Positions 1 through 9,707 of a DNA stretch of 62,000 bases are shown here, piece by piece. Origin of the DNA: Roseibacillus sp. (GTDB taxonomy: Bacteria; Verrucomicrobiota; Verrucomicrobiia; Verrucomicrobiales; Akkermansiaceae). Under the pieces are notes generated by a model, which saw nothing but the letters and a program-made list of their open reading frames with translations, made no database searches and had not been told where the DNA came from. The number at the start of each line of letters is the position of its first letter. Positions within the stretch are counted from its first letter, which is position 1. The position numbers and the translations under genes are program-made. The DNA is taken from assembly GCA_002709395.1 (NCBI GenBank), contig PAQU01000054.1, positions 68,174 through 130,173 on the forward strand, read 5' to 3'.

Positions 1-1535
1 AGCTGAACCCATTCCGTGGCCTTTGACAGGAGCGGCTCGGGGTCGCCGGTAGGATTGTAGTCCTCCAGCTCCGGGGCCAGGAGCGGCAACTCCTCTTCCG
101 GGACGGGTTCGTGCCGCCCGTCTTTCCATACGATGGGGAAAGGCTCTCCCCAGTAGCGCTGACGGGAGAAGAGCCAGTCGCGCAGCTTGTAGTTGATCTG
201 GGCTTCCCCCCGCGACTGTTCTTCCAGCCAGGTGGTTATCGTGCGCTTGGCTTCGGCAGTAGTCAGGCCATCAAGGAGGCCGGAGTTCACGGCTGTCCCG
301 TCGCCGGTAAATCCCCGCCAGTCTTCGCCCGCAGGAGGCTCCACGACCTGAAGAACAGGGAGATCGAACTCCCTTGCGAACTCAAGGTCACGCGTGTCGT
401 GAGCGGGGACAGCCATGATCGCACCTGTGCCGTAGCCCATCATGACGTAATCGGCGATCCAGATGGGAATCGGCGAGTTGTTAACCGGGTTGATGGCGAA
501 GGCCCCGGTGGAGACTCCTGTTTTTCCCTTGTTGAGCTCGCCCCGCTCCATTTCAGACTTGGTGGAGCAGGCCTTCTGGTAGTCGGCCACAGCCCCACGC
601 TGTTCCTCGGTTGTGATCCGGTCGACCAGAGGGTGTTCCGGGGCCAGAACCATATAAGTTGCCCCGAACAACGTATCTGGCCGGGTTGTGAACACCTCGA
701 TGGAGCTTTCCGGATCGTTTGCGAGATCAAAGACGACCCGCGCTCCTTCAGACCGGCCGATCCAGTTCCGCTGGAGGAGCTTGATTCCCTCGGGCCAATC
801 CAAGCCATCCAGTTCATCAATGAGACGCTGGGCGTAAGCGGTAATCCGAAGCATCCATTGTCGCAGGGGGCGGCGCTCGACCACGTGTCCCTTCTCCTCC
901 CATTCGGCAACCTCTTCATTGGCAAGAACCGTGCCCAGACTGGGGCACCAGTTGACGGGGGCTTCTGCCACGTAGGCAAGGCGGACCTCATCGATCTGCT
1001 CCTTGGTCCAGCCCTGAGCCTCCAGCTCGGATACTGGCCGGGCCTTCTGTTCGGACTTGTCGAAGTAGCTGTTGTAGATCTGGAGAAAGATCCACTGGGT
1101 CCACTTTACATAGCCTGGGTCGGTGGTATTGACTTCCCTGTCCCAGTCGTAGCAGAAGCCGAGCATCTTCAACTGGCGGCGGAAGTTGTCGATATTGTTC
1201 TGAGTATTGATCCGCGGGTGCTCACCGGTCTTTCGGGCGTGCTCCTCGGCGGGTAGCCCGAAGGCATCCCACCCCATCGGGTGGAGGATATTGAACCCTT
1301 TCTTGCGCTTGTAGCGGGTGATGATGTCGGTGGCGGTATAGCCCTCAGGGTGCCCCACGTGCAGGCCGGCCCCACTGGGATAGGGGAACATGTCCAGCGC
1401 ATAGAACTTGGGTGCGGCCGAGTCGAATCCCTCATCGCCGGGCCCCGGCATACGGAACGCCTTGGTTTGATCCCATCGCTCCTGCCATGTGGGCTCGAAA
1501 TGATCGAAGGGATATGGTTTGCGTCGCTCGCTCAT
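1..1535 (-). CDS. leuS: Leucyl-tRNA synthetase, N-terminal part (3' end lies beyond the window start)
   Basis: Not in the ORF track because it is open at the window edge. The reverse complement of 1321-1535 reads [72 protein letters not shown], which has the class-I HIGH-type motif (HVGH) and a typical LeuS N-terminus. The + ORF 111..1256 is its antisense shadow. Confidence 0.9.
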   Translation of the reverse strand, partial: MSERRKPYPFDHFEPTWQERWDQTKAFRMPGPGDEGFDSAAPKFYALDMFPYPSGAGLHVGHPEGYTATDIITRYKRKKGFNILHPMGWDAFGLPAEEHARKTGEHPRINTQNNIDNFRRQLKMLGFCYDWDREVNTTDPGYVKWTQWIFLQIYNSYFDKSEQKARPVSELEAQGWTKEQIDEVRLAYVAEAPVNWCPSLGTVLANEEVAEWEEKGHVVERRPLRQWMLRITAYAQRLIDELDGLDWPEGIKLLQRNWIGRSEGARVVFDLANDPESSIEVFTTRPDTLFGATYMVLAPEHPLVDRITTEEQRGAVADYQKACSTKSEMERGELNKGKTGVSTGAFAINPVNNSPIPIWIADYVMMGYGTGAIMAVPAHDTRDLEFAREFDLPVLQVVEPPAGEDWRGFTGDGTAVNSGLLDGLTTAEAKRTITTWLEEQSRGEAQINYKLRDWLFSRQRYWGEPFPIVWKDGRHEPVPEEELPLLAPELEDYNPTGDPEPLLSKATEWVQ

Positions 1536-1651
1536 CGTAAGTCCTATAGTCCCAAAACGGGGCGGGACGGTGGCAGATAACACGGGTCAGGGCAAGCGCC
1601 CCGCGCTCCGGGGGTCTGGGTTGTTCCGGATGCCCCCCGGTTCTTCCGGGA

Positions 1652-2908
1652 TTACTCGATGGCGTCGTAGATCAGGGGCTTGAGCGCATCCTCCAGCATG
1701 AAATCGTAGGGGAGGGTCTGCTCCATGGTTACAACAACGAGTTCATCGCGGGGAGAAATCCAGAAATGGGTGCTTAACATTCCACCCCAGCCATATTCGT
1801 CAATTCGCCCGGCGCTGTTCCAATCCGTCTGGGCGGTCTTGACGCAGAAGCCAAGGCCGAAGCCCGTCCCGTGACGGATGTTGTTTGGGAAGCGGATGGG
1901 CATGGCGGGGCCCTCCAGATGATTCCGGGTCATTGCGGCGACGGCTTCCTTTTTCAGAAGCCGGCTGCCATTCAATTCGCCGCCGTTGGCGATCATCTGC
2001 AGGAATCTGGTGTAATCGCGGATGGTTGAGGCGAGGCCTCCCCCTCCGGAGTGCATTTTTGTCGTGGCACTGTAGCTGAAAAGGTTGTCCTCATTCCTCG
2101 TCAGTTTTCCTTGCTTGTCGGATTTGTAGACCACAGCCATGCGCTCTCGCTTGGATTCTGGAATCACAAACCCCGTATCGCGCATTCCGAGCGGGATGAA
2201 AATGCGCTCACGGAAAAACTGGTTCAGAGGAGAGCCAGATGCCCGTTCGACTACGGCCCCAAGCAGGTCGGTTGAGATACCGTAAAGCCAGCCCTGCCCG
2301 GGTTCGAAGGCCATGGGAACCCTGGCCATTCGTTTGACGAAGTCTGCGAGAGATTCTGTTTCCACGAGTGGTCCTGCTGCACGATGGATCTTATCAAGTT
2401 CTGGAATTCCGGTGTATCCATAGGAGTAGCCAGCAGTGTGGCAGAGCAGGTCCCGGATCGTGGGAGGCCTTTCGGGAGCGACAGCCTTCCCGTTTTTCCA
2501 GACCGTTGCCTGGCTGTATTCCGGAAGGTGCCTGGAGATGGGGTCGTCGATCCCGAGTTTTCCCTCGTCGGCAAGCATCAGAGCGGCTGCTGATGTAATG
2601 GCCTTGGTCATGGAGAAAATCCGGAAGATGGTGTCGTCTTCCATGGGCTTCTTCTTTTCGATGTCCCTGAAGCCGAAACTTTTCCGGTAAACGAGCCGGC
2701 CTCTCCGGGTGATCATCACGGAGGCCCCGGCAAGGCGCTTATCGGCAATCAACTCCCGGACCTTGTCATCAACCCGCTGGAGCTTCGCCCCGGACATACC
2801 TACTGCAGCGGGCTTGGCCGATGGCAGTTCCCAGATCTTGCCGGGTTGTTCGGCCGGGGCAGAAGCTGCCATCAGGGCGGCAAGCGAGGCAGTAACAGGT
2901 ATCTTCAT
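1652..2908 (-). CDS. Secreted serine hydrolase, beta-lactamase/PBP-related (class C-like) family
   Basis: S-x-x-K active-site motif (FSMTKAITSAAALML). Signal-peptide-like MKIPVTASLAALMAASAPA begins at the internal ATG at 2908, so I trimmed the track ORF (..2944). Confidence 0.8.
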   Translation of the reverse strand: MKIPVTASLAALMAASAPAEQPGKIWELPSAKPAAVGMSGAKLQRVDDKVRELIADKRLAGASVMITRRGRLVYRKSFGFRDIEKKKPMEDDTIFRIFSMTKAITSAAALMLADEGKLGIDDPISRHLPEYSQATVWKNGKAVAPERPPTIRDLLCHTAGYSYGYTGIPELDKIHRAAGPLVETESLADFVKRMARVPMAFEPGQGWLYGISTDLLGAVVERASGSPLNQFFRERIFIPLGMRDTGFVIPESKRERMAVVYKSDKQGKLTRNEDNLFSYSATTKMHSGGGGLASTIRDYTRFLQMIANGGELNGSRLLKKEAVAAMTRNHLEGPAMPIRFPNNIRHGTGFGLGFCVKTAQTDWNSAGRIDEYGWGGMLSTHFWISPRDELVVVTMEQTLPYDFMLEDALKPLIYDAIE

Positions 2909-3280
2909 CGAGGACGTTGTCCCCGATGGCGAGGCACAAGGCAAGTGAGCTTGCGTGTCGTGGCTTCGAGCAGTTTATCGGGAGAGGGCAGAACCCCGCC
3001 GCGGTAGCACCGAAACCACGGCGGGGCCTCTGTCACTCCTTTCCGGAAGGAAGGAAGTGGAGAACCGTTTATATACTCTCCAGGGAGGCTGAGTGGATTT
3101 CCCAAGAATCCATGAGACGATTTATACAATGGTGAGAGGGGAAGAGGGAGCGGGCGAGGACAAATCCTTATTTTTTGTTAGGAGCAGGTTGGGGAGAATG
3201 CTTATGGGCGCCGGAAAGGGGCCACGCCATTTCGCCCTTTTCGGGTTTTATTCCGCCCTTCCTGCAGGAAAGATGCCTTC

Positions 3281-3871
3281 ATGCGGCAACTATTGGTAGC
3301 GACCCGGAATGTTCACAAAACCGAAGAAATCTCGTCCATCCTGGAGGGGTTTTTCCGGGTCCTTGACCTCTCCGCAGTTGCTGATGCACCCGAGGTGGAG
3401 GAAACGGGAACTACCTTTGTTGAGAATGCGCGGCTCAAGGCGGTTGAGATCAGCAGGACAACCAGCGGTCTGGTTCTCGCCGACGATTCCGGGCTGGAGG
3501 TTGATGCCCTGGGGGGGGAGCCGGGAGTCTATTCTGCGCGTTATGCAGGACCGGCTGCGGAGGACGCGTCAAACAATAGAAAGCTGCTTGCAGAGCTCGC
3601 AGGTATCCCGAAACAGGAGAGGACGGGACGTTTTCGCTGTGTCATGGTTATTGCCCGGGAAGGTGAGGTCCTTGAGGAGTTCGAAGGATGTGTTGACGGC
3701 ATGATCCTTGAAGAGGGAAAGGGGGCGGGGGGTTTTGGCTATGATCCGCTCTTTGTGCCGGAGGGCCATACCCAGTCATTTGCGGAGCTCGGTTCATGCA
3801 TCAAGAATAGTTTAAGTCATCGAGCGCGGGCGATGGAGAAAGTGGTGGCATGGTTACGTCTTGCGGGCTGA
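3281..3871 (+). CDS. rdgB: Non-canonical purine NTP pyrophosphatase (RdgB/HAM1 family)
   Basis: N-terminus LLVATRNVHKTEEI; C-terminal FGYDPLF...SFAEL and SHRARA motifs typical of RdgB; about 196 aa. Confidence 0.9.
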   Translation: MRQLLVATRNVHKTEEISSILEGFFRVLDLSAVADAPEVEETGTTFVENARLKAVEISRTTSGLVLADDSGLEVDALGGEPGVYSARYAGPAAEDASNNRKLLAELAGIPKQERTGRFRCVMVIAREGEVLEEFEGCVDGMILEEGKGAGGFGYDPLFVPEGHTQSFAELGSCIKNSLSHRARAMEKVVAWLRLAG

Positions 3872-3990
3872 GGCAGCGGTGTCGTTGCCGGTCGAAGAAG
3901 CAAACTCATCTCGAATGGAGCAATCGGAATCGACAGGGCAGGGTCTCAGCTGTTAGGATATTTTGAGGGTATCACTGACCCTGTAAATTG

Positions 3991-4506
3991 ATGAGATTGA
4001 GGGTAGTATTCTTTCTTCTTGTTACTGCGACCCTGCTCTCTTCCTGTGTGCGATATGGGGGAAGAGGGAGGCATGAGGCTGCTTATAATGCGCACCCCTA
4101 CAGGGCCGTCCTTGTAAATGGCAGGGCCGTGCCTCCCGGTAATGCGCCCCTGCCCGTGCAACGGGCTATTGCGGCAGCCAATCGGATTCAGGGGTTGCCC
4201 TATAAGTGGGGAGGGGGCCACGCGAGGTTAAATGACAGCGGCTACGATTGCTCCGGGGCGACATCATACGTTCTCCGCAATGCGGGTTTGCTCGAAGACC
4301 AGATGCCTTCGAGAGGCTTCCTTCGCTATGGGAGGAGGGGTCATGGACAGTGGATTACGGTCTGCGCTCGAAATGGGCATGTCTTCCTGGTTATTGCAGG
4401 ACTGCGGTTTGATACCTACGGGCGCTATCGACAGGATGGTCCCCGCTGGCGGCCATATTCCCGCTCCATGCGAGGATACGTTTTGCGTCATCCCCCGGGC
4501 CTTTAG
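3991..4506 (+). CDS. NlpC/P60 (C40) family cell-wall peptidase lipoprotein
   Basis: Lipobox-like LLSSC. GLPYKWGGG...GYDCSGATSYVL catalytic Cys context, followed by GHVFLV (His). The ATG at 3991 is one codon after the track's TTG. Confidence 0.75.
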   Translation: MRLRVVFFLLVTATLLSSCVRYGGRGRHEAAYNAHPYRAVLVNGRAVPPGNAPLPVQRAIAAANRIQGLPYKWGGGHARLNDSGYDCSGATSYVLRNAGLLEDQMPSRGFLRYGRRGHGQWITVCARNGHVFLVIAGLRFDTYGRYRQDGPRWRPYSRSMRGYVLRHPPGL

Positions 4507-4527
4507 CCCTGGTTGGCGGGAAGGAGG

Positions 4528-5229
4528 TTACGGAGCGGGCTCTGCACGAAGTTTTGCGATAAGTCCGGGCAGTTCATGAGCGCTTTGCAGCACATGATCG
4601 GCGATGGAGAAGTCGCAGCAGGAGGTGACCCGATTGGGAATGGCGGCACTGGGCATGCCCGCGCCGATAGCGGCCTTGATCCCATTAACAGAATCTTCCA
4701 CCACGAGGCAGCTTCCAGGATCGAGTTTAAGCTGGTGGGCAGCTTCAAGATAGAGGTCCGGAGCAGGCTTGATGCGGGGGGCGTCCCCTCTGCAGACGGT
4801 GAGAGAGAACCGGTCCCAGAGGCCAATTTTCTTCAGCCAGCCATCCACCCAGCGGTGTGAAGAGCTGGAGACCACCGCGAGGGAGAGTCCGGAGCTTATA
4901 CCGGCTTGAACAGCTTCGGGGATTCCCGGCAGGGGCCCCGCCCCCTCCAGGTTCTCTTCGATTGAGGCTTGGCGGGCGGCGTCGAGGGGAGGCCAGTTGA
5001 TCTCGGCGCCAGTCAAGTTCTCGAGGTGGGTTTTCGGCGACCAGGTATCGAAGTCCGTGCCGATACACTTGGTGAAGGTTTCCAGGGGCAGAGGGTGTCC
5101 GTGGTCACGGAATGTCTTGGACCAAGCCTGATAAATCGGCCACTCGGTATCGACAATCAAACCATCAAAGTCGAAGAGAAGAGCACGGAGTGGAGGGCGC
5201 ATAGGGCTTGGGTCAAAGTCTGTAGGCAT
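4528..5229 (-). CDS. HAD-superfamily hydrolase (subfamily IA, beta-phosphoglucomutase/phosphatase-like)
   Basis: Motif I FDFDGLIVDTE and a C-terminal VVEDSVNGIKAA motif. Confidence 0.8.
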   Translation of the reverse strand: MPTDFDPSPMRPPLRALLFDFDGLIVDTEWPIYQAWSKTFRDHGHPLPLETFTKCIGTDFDTWSPKTHLENLTGAEINWPPLDAARQASIEENLEGAGPLPGIPEAVQAGISSGLSLAVVSSSSHRWVDGWLKKIGLWDRFSLTVCRGDAPRIKPAPDLYLEAAHQLKLDPGSCLVVEDSVNGIKAAIGAGMPSAAIPNRVTSCCDFSIADHVLQSAHELPGLIAKLRAEPAP

Positions 5230-5297
5230 CTCTTGCCTTAGGAAGAGGATCTTTTTCTCGCGCCACCGGAGTGACGGGGAAAGAATGCCATATCCGA

Positions 5298-6140
5298 ATG
5301 TTTCTGACCATGTCTGTTCTGGCCGGGTGTTCCATTGCCTGGGGTGAGCCGAAGCCGGAGGTTCGCAAGCCGGATGAGGAACTCACCTACCGCAAGGCAG
5401 GTGATGTCGAACTCAAATTGGAGGTCTTTCGCCCGAGGGGATGGAAGCCCAGCGATTCCCGGCCCGCGGTGGTCTTTTTTTTCGGGGGAGGCTGGGTGGG
5501 CGGATCAACTACCCAGTTTCACCCCCAGGCCACCCGGCTCGCAAAGCTGGGGATGGTGGCCTACTGTGCGGATTACCGGGTGCGAAGCAGGCACAAGACC
5601 TCTCCTTTCGAGGCGGTGGCAGATGCCAAGGCCGCCGTCCGCTGGATCTGGCGGAATGCGGAGAGCCAGGGGGTTGACCAGAAGAGGATTGTTTCGGCTG
5701 GAGGCTCCGCCGGGGGGCATCTTGCGGCGTGCTGCGGGCTGGTTGCCGGGCATGAGGAATTACGGGCAGGTGAGCCTGCCTTCATTCCAGCGGCCATGGT
5801 TCTGTTCAATCCGGTCATCGACACTTCAAGGAAAGGATATGGACACGAGAGGCTGAAAGAGCGCTATCGCGAAATCTCTCCGGTAGAGCATGTCCACGAC
5901 GGGGCACCCTCCACCCTCATTATGGTTGGCTCAGCAGATACCACTACTCCTGTTGCCGGCCACCGGCTCTTTGCGACCCGGATGCAGAAACGTAAGAGGC
6001 CCTGTCAATTGATTATCTCCGAGGGCCAGAAACATGGATTTTTTAATCCGCGGGGGGACAACAAGAACTACTGGAAGACTCTGGCGAGGATGGAAGAGTT
6101 CCTTGCGGGGCTGGAGCTTATCGTTCCGGCCCGGGATTGA
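5298..6140 (+). CDS. Alpha/beta-hydrolase esterase lipoprotein (carbohydrate-esterase-like)
   Basis: HGG-type oxyanion region VVFFFGGGWVGG and nucleophile elbow GGSAGGH. Lipobox MFLTMSVLAGC begins at the internal ATG at 5298. Confidence 0.75.
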   Translation: MFLTMSVLAGCSIAWGEPKPEVRKPDEELTYRKAGDVELKLEVFRPRGWKPSDSRPAVVFFFGGGWVGGSTTQFHPQATRLAKLGMVAYCADYRVRSRHKTSPFEAVADAKAAVRWIWRNAESQGVDQKRIVSAGGSAGGHLAACCGLVAGHEELRAGEPAFIPAAMVLFNPVIDTSRKGYGHERLKERYREISPVEHVHDGAPSTLIMVGSADTTTPVAGHRLFATRMQKRKRPCQLIISEGQKHGFFNPRGDNKNYWKTLARMEEFLAGLELIVPARD

Positions 6141-6780
6141 GGGTGGTCCCCAGCGGAGTGGTGGAGGCAAAGGCCCGGCAGGGGCAGCCGTCACCACGGT
6201 GTATTTTAAGGGGAAGGGCTGCGAAGAAACAGCGGTCGCCGGGGATGATGTCGAGATTGATCAGGCCTTCCACGATGGTGACCCCTCCACTGAGCAGAAT
6301 ACGATGAATCCGGATGAGCTCCTCGGCGTTCGTGACATCGGCGACGGAAGGTGGCTCCACGCCAAGGATCTTTACTCTGTTTTCGACGCACCAGTGAGCA
6401 AGGTCGGGGCCGATCCGGGGGAGCTCCTTTTCATAAAGTGTTTTGCCGAATTGCCTGCTCCAGTTTGTGTTGAGGAGAAGATGATTGCCCGGGGTAAAGG
6501 TCTCCGCCAAGGGGCCGAGATGAGCGACGGTGAGAACTTCCCGGGGGGAGGTATCGGGCAGGCGGACAATGTCGGCGGTTCCCAGGCAGGTCTCGAGGGG
6601 AGCCTCATCGATGAAGGTTTCGCCACAGTCGAAGTGCCAGGGCGCATCCATGTGGGTCCCGCAGTGGGAGTAAAGGTGATAGATGCTGGTGTTCCATCCG
6701 TCCCGGGCGGTTGTCTTGAACGGCTCCAGGGAAACCCTTGGGAGGTCCTCGGTGATAGTGCGCGTCAGGTCGATCAGCAT
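6118..6780 (-). CDS. Cyclase-family protein / arylformamidase (kynurenine formamidase-like)
   Basis: HCGTHMDAPWHF metal-binding motif typical of the putative-cyclase family. Its 3' end overlaps the convergent esterase by 23 nt. Confidence 0.75.
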   Translation of the reverse strand: MLIDLTRTITEDLPRVSLEPFKTTARDGWNTSIYHLYSHCGTHMDAPWHFDCGETFIDEAPLETCLGTADIVRLPDTSPREVLTVAHLGPLAETFTPGNHLLLNTNWSRQFGKTLYEKELPRIGPDLAHWCVENRVKILGVEPPSVADVTNAEELIRIHRILLSGGVTIVEGLINLDIIPGDRCFFAALPLKIHRGDGCPCRAFASTTPLGTTLNPGPER

Positions 6781-6788
6781 TACGGGGC

Positions 6789-8279
6789 TTAGCGTTTGGC
6801 TGCTTCAGGATAACGAGCCAGGATCTGCTTCAGGCGGGCGAGCACCTGTCCGCGCTCCCGGGCGAGGTTTTTTTGTTCCACGGCCGTTTCCCCGTAGTCA
6901 TAGAGTTCGTATTGTGCGGTTTTTACCGGGGCTCCGGGCTTTTTCCATTCAACCATCCGGTAGCGCTCCGTTCGGATGGCGCGGCCGATGACTCCGCCTC
7001 TCCGCGGATAGCAGTGAAAGGCATGATCGCGTATGCGCTGGGCCGGGTCCCTGAGAACGGGGACGAGGCTTCTTCCATTCAGTGGCTGTGGGACCTTCGG
7101 TGCCGGAAGGCCTGCGAGTTCCACGAGGGTGGGGAAGAGGTCGACGCTTTCCGCCAGCTGCCGGGTTGAGGACCCCTCTTTAGTTACCCCCGGGGCGACC
7201 AGTAGAAGGGGGATGTGATTAGCCTGTTCGTAGTTCGTGTGTTTTGTCCAGATACCGAGATCTCCCAGATGGAACCCGTGGTCCCCCCAAAGCACGATGA
7301 TGGTGTTGCGTGCGAGCTCAAGGCGATCGAGCTCTGCAATGACTTTGCCGACCTGGGCGTCCATGTAGCTCACACTCGCATAATAGCCGTGTACTAGCTG
7401 GCGTTTCAGTTCGATGGTGTAGTCTTCGTTTTTACGGGGAACAGGGGAATACATTGCGATTTCGCCGGCCCGCTTGTGGGCAATCCCGGGGGAGCCCTCC
7501 GGGTGCTCTTCATGGGGGGAGAGCGGCAGCCGGGCCGGATCGTGGAGGTCCCAGTATTTTCTTGGGGCACTGAATGGCAGGTGGGGCCGCACGAATCCAA
7601 CTGCCATGAAGAACGGACCCTTGCGATTCTTGGCGGCCTTGAGCCTTCTGATGGCCTCGGCGGCCACTCTCCCATCGGCGTAGTCCTCGTCCTTGGAGTC
7701 GGTGGATTCAAAGGCTGCTCCCCGTGGAAGCGAATGGATCCTGTCGAGCTGCTGGTTGGTAAAGTAGGCTTCTTCTCTTGTGAGCTTCCCTCCCCCCGTG
7801 CTTGCGGGGTCCAGGTATTCGATAACCTTGTCGTGAAAGTGTGGGATGCTGAAGGAGGTGGGGTCCCCTTCATTGCCGTGACCGATATGGAAGATCTTTC
7901 CCAGAGATTCGGTCCGATAGCCATGACTCGCAAAAAACTGGGGCATGGTGACGGCCTTTGGGAGAGAGCGTCGGAGCTTATTGCCTAATCCGTAGAGGCC
8001 GGTGGTGGTGGAATGAGCGCCAAGCATCAGGGTAAACCGAGAGGGCGCACAGACGGCCTGGTTGCAGTAGGCGAGCTCGAATCTCAGGCCGCGGGAGGCC
8101 AGTTCATCAAGATTTGGAGTCCTGGCATGGCGGTCCCCATAACATCCGAGTGCTGGTTTGAGGTCATCAACCAGCAGGAGCAGGATATTAGGGCGGTCGC
8201 GGGCTTGTTCACTGGAAGCAGATGCAGAAGCGACAAGGACCGTGCAGGCAATGAGAAGAGCCGGGATGGGGTGAAGCAT
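6789..8279 (-). CDS. Cys-type (formylglycine) sulfatase, iduronate-2-sulfatase-like
   Basis: Signal peptide. NILLLLVDDLKP metal-binding N-terminus. C-x-P-x-R signature (CNQAVCAPSRFTLMLG). GDHG motif (LWGDHGFHLG). Confidence 0.9.
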   Translation of the reverse strand: MLHPIPALLIACTVLVASASASSEQARDRPNILLLLVDDLKPALGCYGDRHARTPNLDELASRGLRFELAYCNQAVCAPSRFTLMLGAHSTTTGLYGLGNKLRRSLPKAVTMPQFFASHGYRTESLGKIFHIGHGNEGDPTSFSIPHFHDKVIEYLDPASTGGGKLTREEAYFTNQQLDRIHSLPRGAAFESTDSKDEDYADGRVAAEAIRRLKAAKNRKGPFFMAVGFVRPHLPFSAPRKYWDLHDPARLPLSPHEEHPEGSPGIAHKRAGEIAMYSPVPRKNEDYTIELKRQLVHGYYASVSYMDAQVGKVIAELDRLELARNTIIVLWGDHGFHLGDLGIWTKHTNYEQANHIPLLLVAPGVTKEGSSTRQLAESVDLFPTLVELAGLPAPKVPQPLNGRSLVPVLRDPAQRIRDHAFHCYPRRGGVIGRAIRTERYRMVEWKKPGAPVKTAQYELYDYGETAVEQKNLARERGQVLARLKQILARYPEAAKR

Positions 8280-8388
8280 GGATCAAGGCTAGCCGGGGGC
8301 GCTGGGGCATCACCAGAAAAAGTAGTATCCGGACCGGGGCAAAGGGGGTAGTTGGCAGAAGAAGGCTGGGAGGCAGAGGGCGGTGTGC

Positions 8389-9063
8389 TCAGGACTCCCG
8401 AATCGCGCGGATGGCTTGTCCGATATCTGGGGCCTTGAAAGTGGAGGAGCCGGCGACAAAGACATTTGCTCCTGCCTCAGCAGCCGTGGAAGCAGTTTGC
8501 GGGTCGATCCCCCCATCCACTTCAATATGAAAGGATAGAGAATGCTTCTCCCGGAGGCGGACCGCGTCCTCTACCTTGGGCATCATCTCGGGCATGAAGG
8601 CCTGACCTCCGAAGCCGGGAACGACGGTCATGACAAGAAGAAGGTCAATCTGCTCAAGAAAAGGCTCTGCCATCTCAAGGGGGGTCGCTGGGTTGATGGC
8701 TAGGCCGGCCTTGCAGCCGGCCTCCCGGATGGTGGCCAGACTGGGGCTGATGTCGTGGTCGGCCCCGGTTTCCGCGTGGATGGAGATGAGGTCCGCTCCC
8801 GCCTCGATAAATCGTGAGAGATAATGATTTGGCCTTGCGATCATGAGGTGGACGTCGAGGAAGATGTCGTTGGTGGCGTGGATGGCTTCCACCATGGCAG
8901 GGCCAAAGGAGATATTGTCCACGAAGTGCCCATCCATGACATCGAGGTGCAGCCAATCGGCACCAGCCGTAATTGCCCTTGAGCACTCCTCCGCGATACG
9001 GGAAAAATCGGCGGCCAGGACAGAGGGGGCGACGATGCGGTCAGAGTGGTTCCAGCTCTTCAC
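8389..9063 (-). CDS. rpe: Ribulose-phosphate 3-epimerase
   Basis: IAPSVLAADFSRI, HLDVMDGHFV, VMTVVPGFGGQ and HIEVDGGI motifs; GTG start. Confidence 0.92.
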   Translation of the reverse strand: MKSWNHSDRIVAPSVLAADFSRIAEECSRAITAGADWLHLDVMDGHFVDNISFGPAMVEAIHATNDIFLDVHLMIARPNHYLSRFIEAGADLISIHAETGADHDISPSLATIREAGCKAGLAINPATPLEMAEPFLEQIDLLLVMTVVPGFGGQAFMPEMMPKVEDAVRLREKHSLSFHIEVDGGIDPQTASTAAEAGANVFVAGSSTFKAPDIGQAIRAIRES

Positions 9064-9172
9064 ACCCTTGGTTTAGCGTGGTAGCGGAGGTTTTCAAGGT
9101 TTCCGGGGGTGGCCGGAGAACTGTGGGATTTGAGAGTTTGGGTATTTATCTGCTTATGTTTGCCTGTGCAGC

Positions 9173-9688
9173 GTGATCGAGGAGCCGATTATCGACTTGG
9201 CCAGCGACGAATACTTCATGGGGCAGGCCCTGCGTGAGGCTCACAAGGCCTACGCTGCCGAAGAAGTCCCGATCGGGGCCGTAGTTGTGAGGGAAGGACA
9301 GGTTATTGCGCGGGCCTGGAATCAGGTGGAGACCCTCAGGGATGCCACCGCGCATGCAGAGATGCTGGCGCTAACGGCGGCCCAGAACGCGATGGAGGAC
9401 TGGCGCCTGGAGGGGTGCACGCTCTACGTAACCAAGGAACCCTGTCCGATGTGTGCGGGTGCGATTGTACATTGCCGCCCGGCGCGGGTGGTGTTTGGCT
9501 GTCCTGACCTGAAGGCTGGAGCCGCGGGGGGGTGGATCAATCTGCTGGAGGCGACCCCGCCCCTCAATCATCGCTGCGATGCGACCGGAGGAGTCCTGGA
9601 AGATGATTGCGTGAGCCTGCTGCAGAGTTTCTTCCGGGAAGCACGGGCAAGAAAAGCCAAGCAAGCACCGGAAACTGATGCTTCGTAA
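9173..9688 (+). CDS. tadA: tRNA adenosine(34) deaminase
   Basis: CDA zinc motifs HAEMLAL and PCPMCAGA. GTG start; the exact start is uncertain. Confidence 0.9.
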   Translation: MIEEPIIDLASDEYFMGQALREAHKAYAAEEVPIGAVVVREGQVIARAWNQVETLRDATAHAEMLALTAAQNAMEDWRLEGCTLYVTKEPCPMCAGAIVHCRPARVVFGCPDLKAGAAGGWINLLEATPPLNHRCDATGGVLEDDCVSLLQSFFREARARKAKQAPETDAS

Positions 9689-9707
9689 AATGAACCAGAT
9701 GAAATGC

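Noticed and set aside
111-1256. 381-aa + strand ORF at the window start
   Set aside because: It is the antisense shadow of leuS. The minus strand in the same interval translates to an unmistakable LeuS N-terminus (HIGH motif), while the + ORF is Gly/Pro/Arg/Val-rich with no motif.
2989-3021. Perfect 8-bp GC stem (ccccgccg...cggcgggg) in the divergent region between the serine hydrolase and rdgB
   Set aside because: It lies upstream of both flanking genes, so it cannot be their terminator. It has no U-tract and no recognisable riboswitch context, which makes it too weak to call.
5468-5482. Homopolymer tracts (T8 here; A8 near 10050; T8 near 25495; G8 near 3511) as phase-variation switches
   Set aside because: Each sits inside a conserved-looking coding region and simply encodes FFF, KK or GG codons. 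The tracts are short, and there is no evidence of frame switching.
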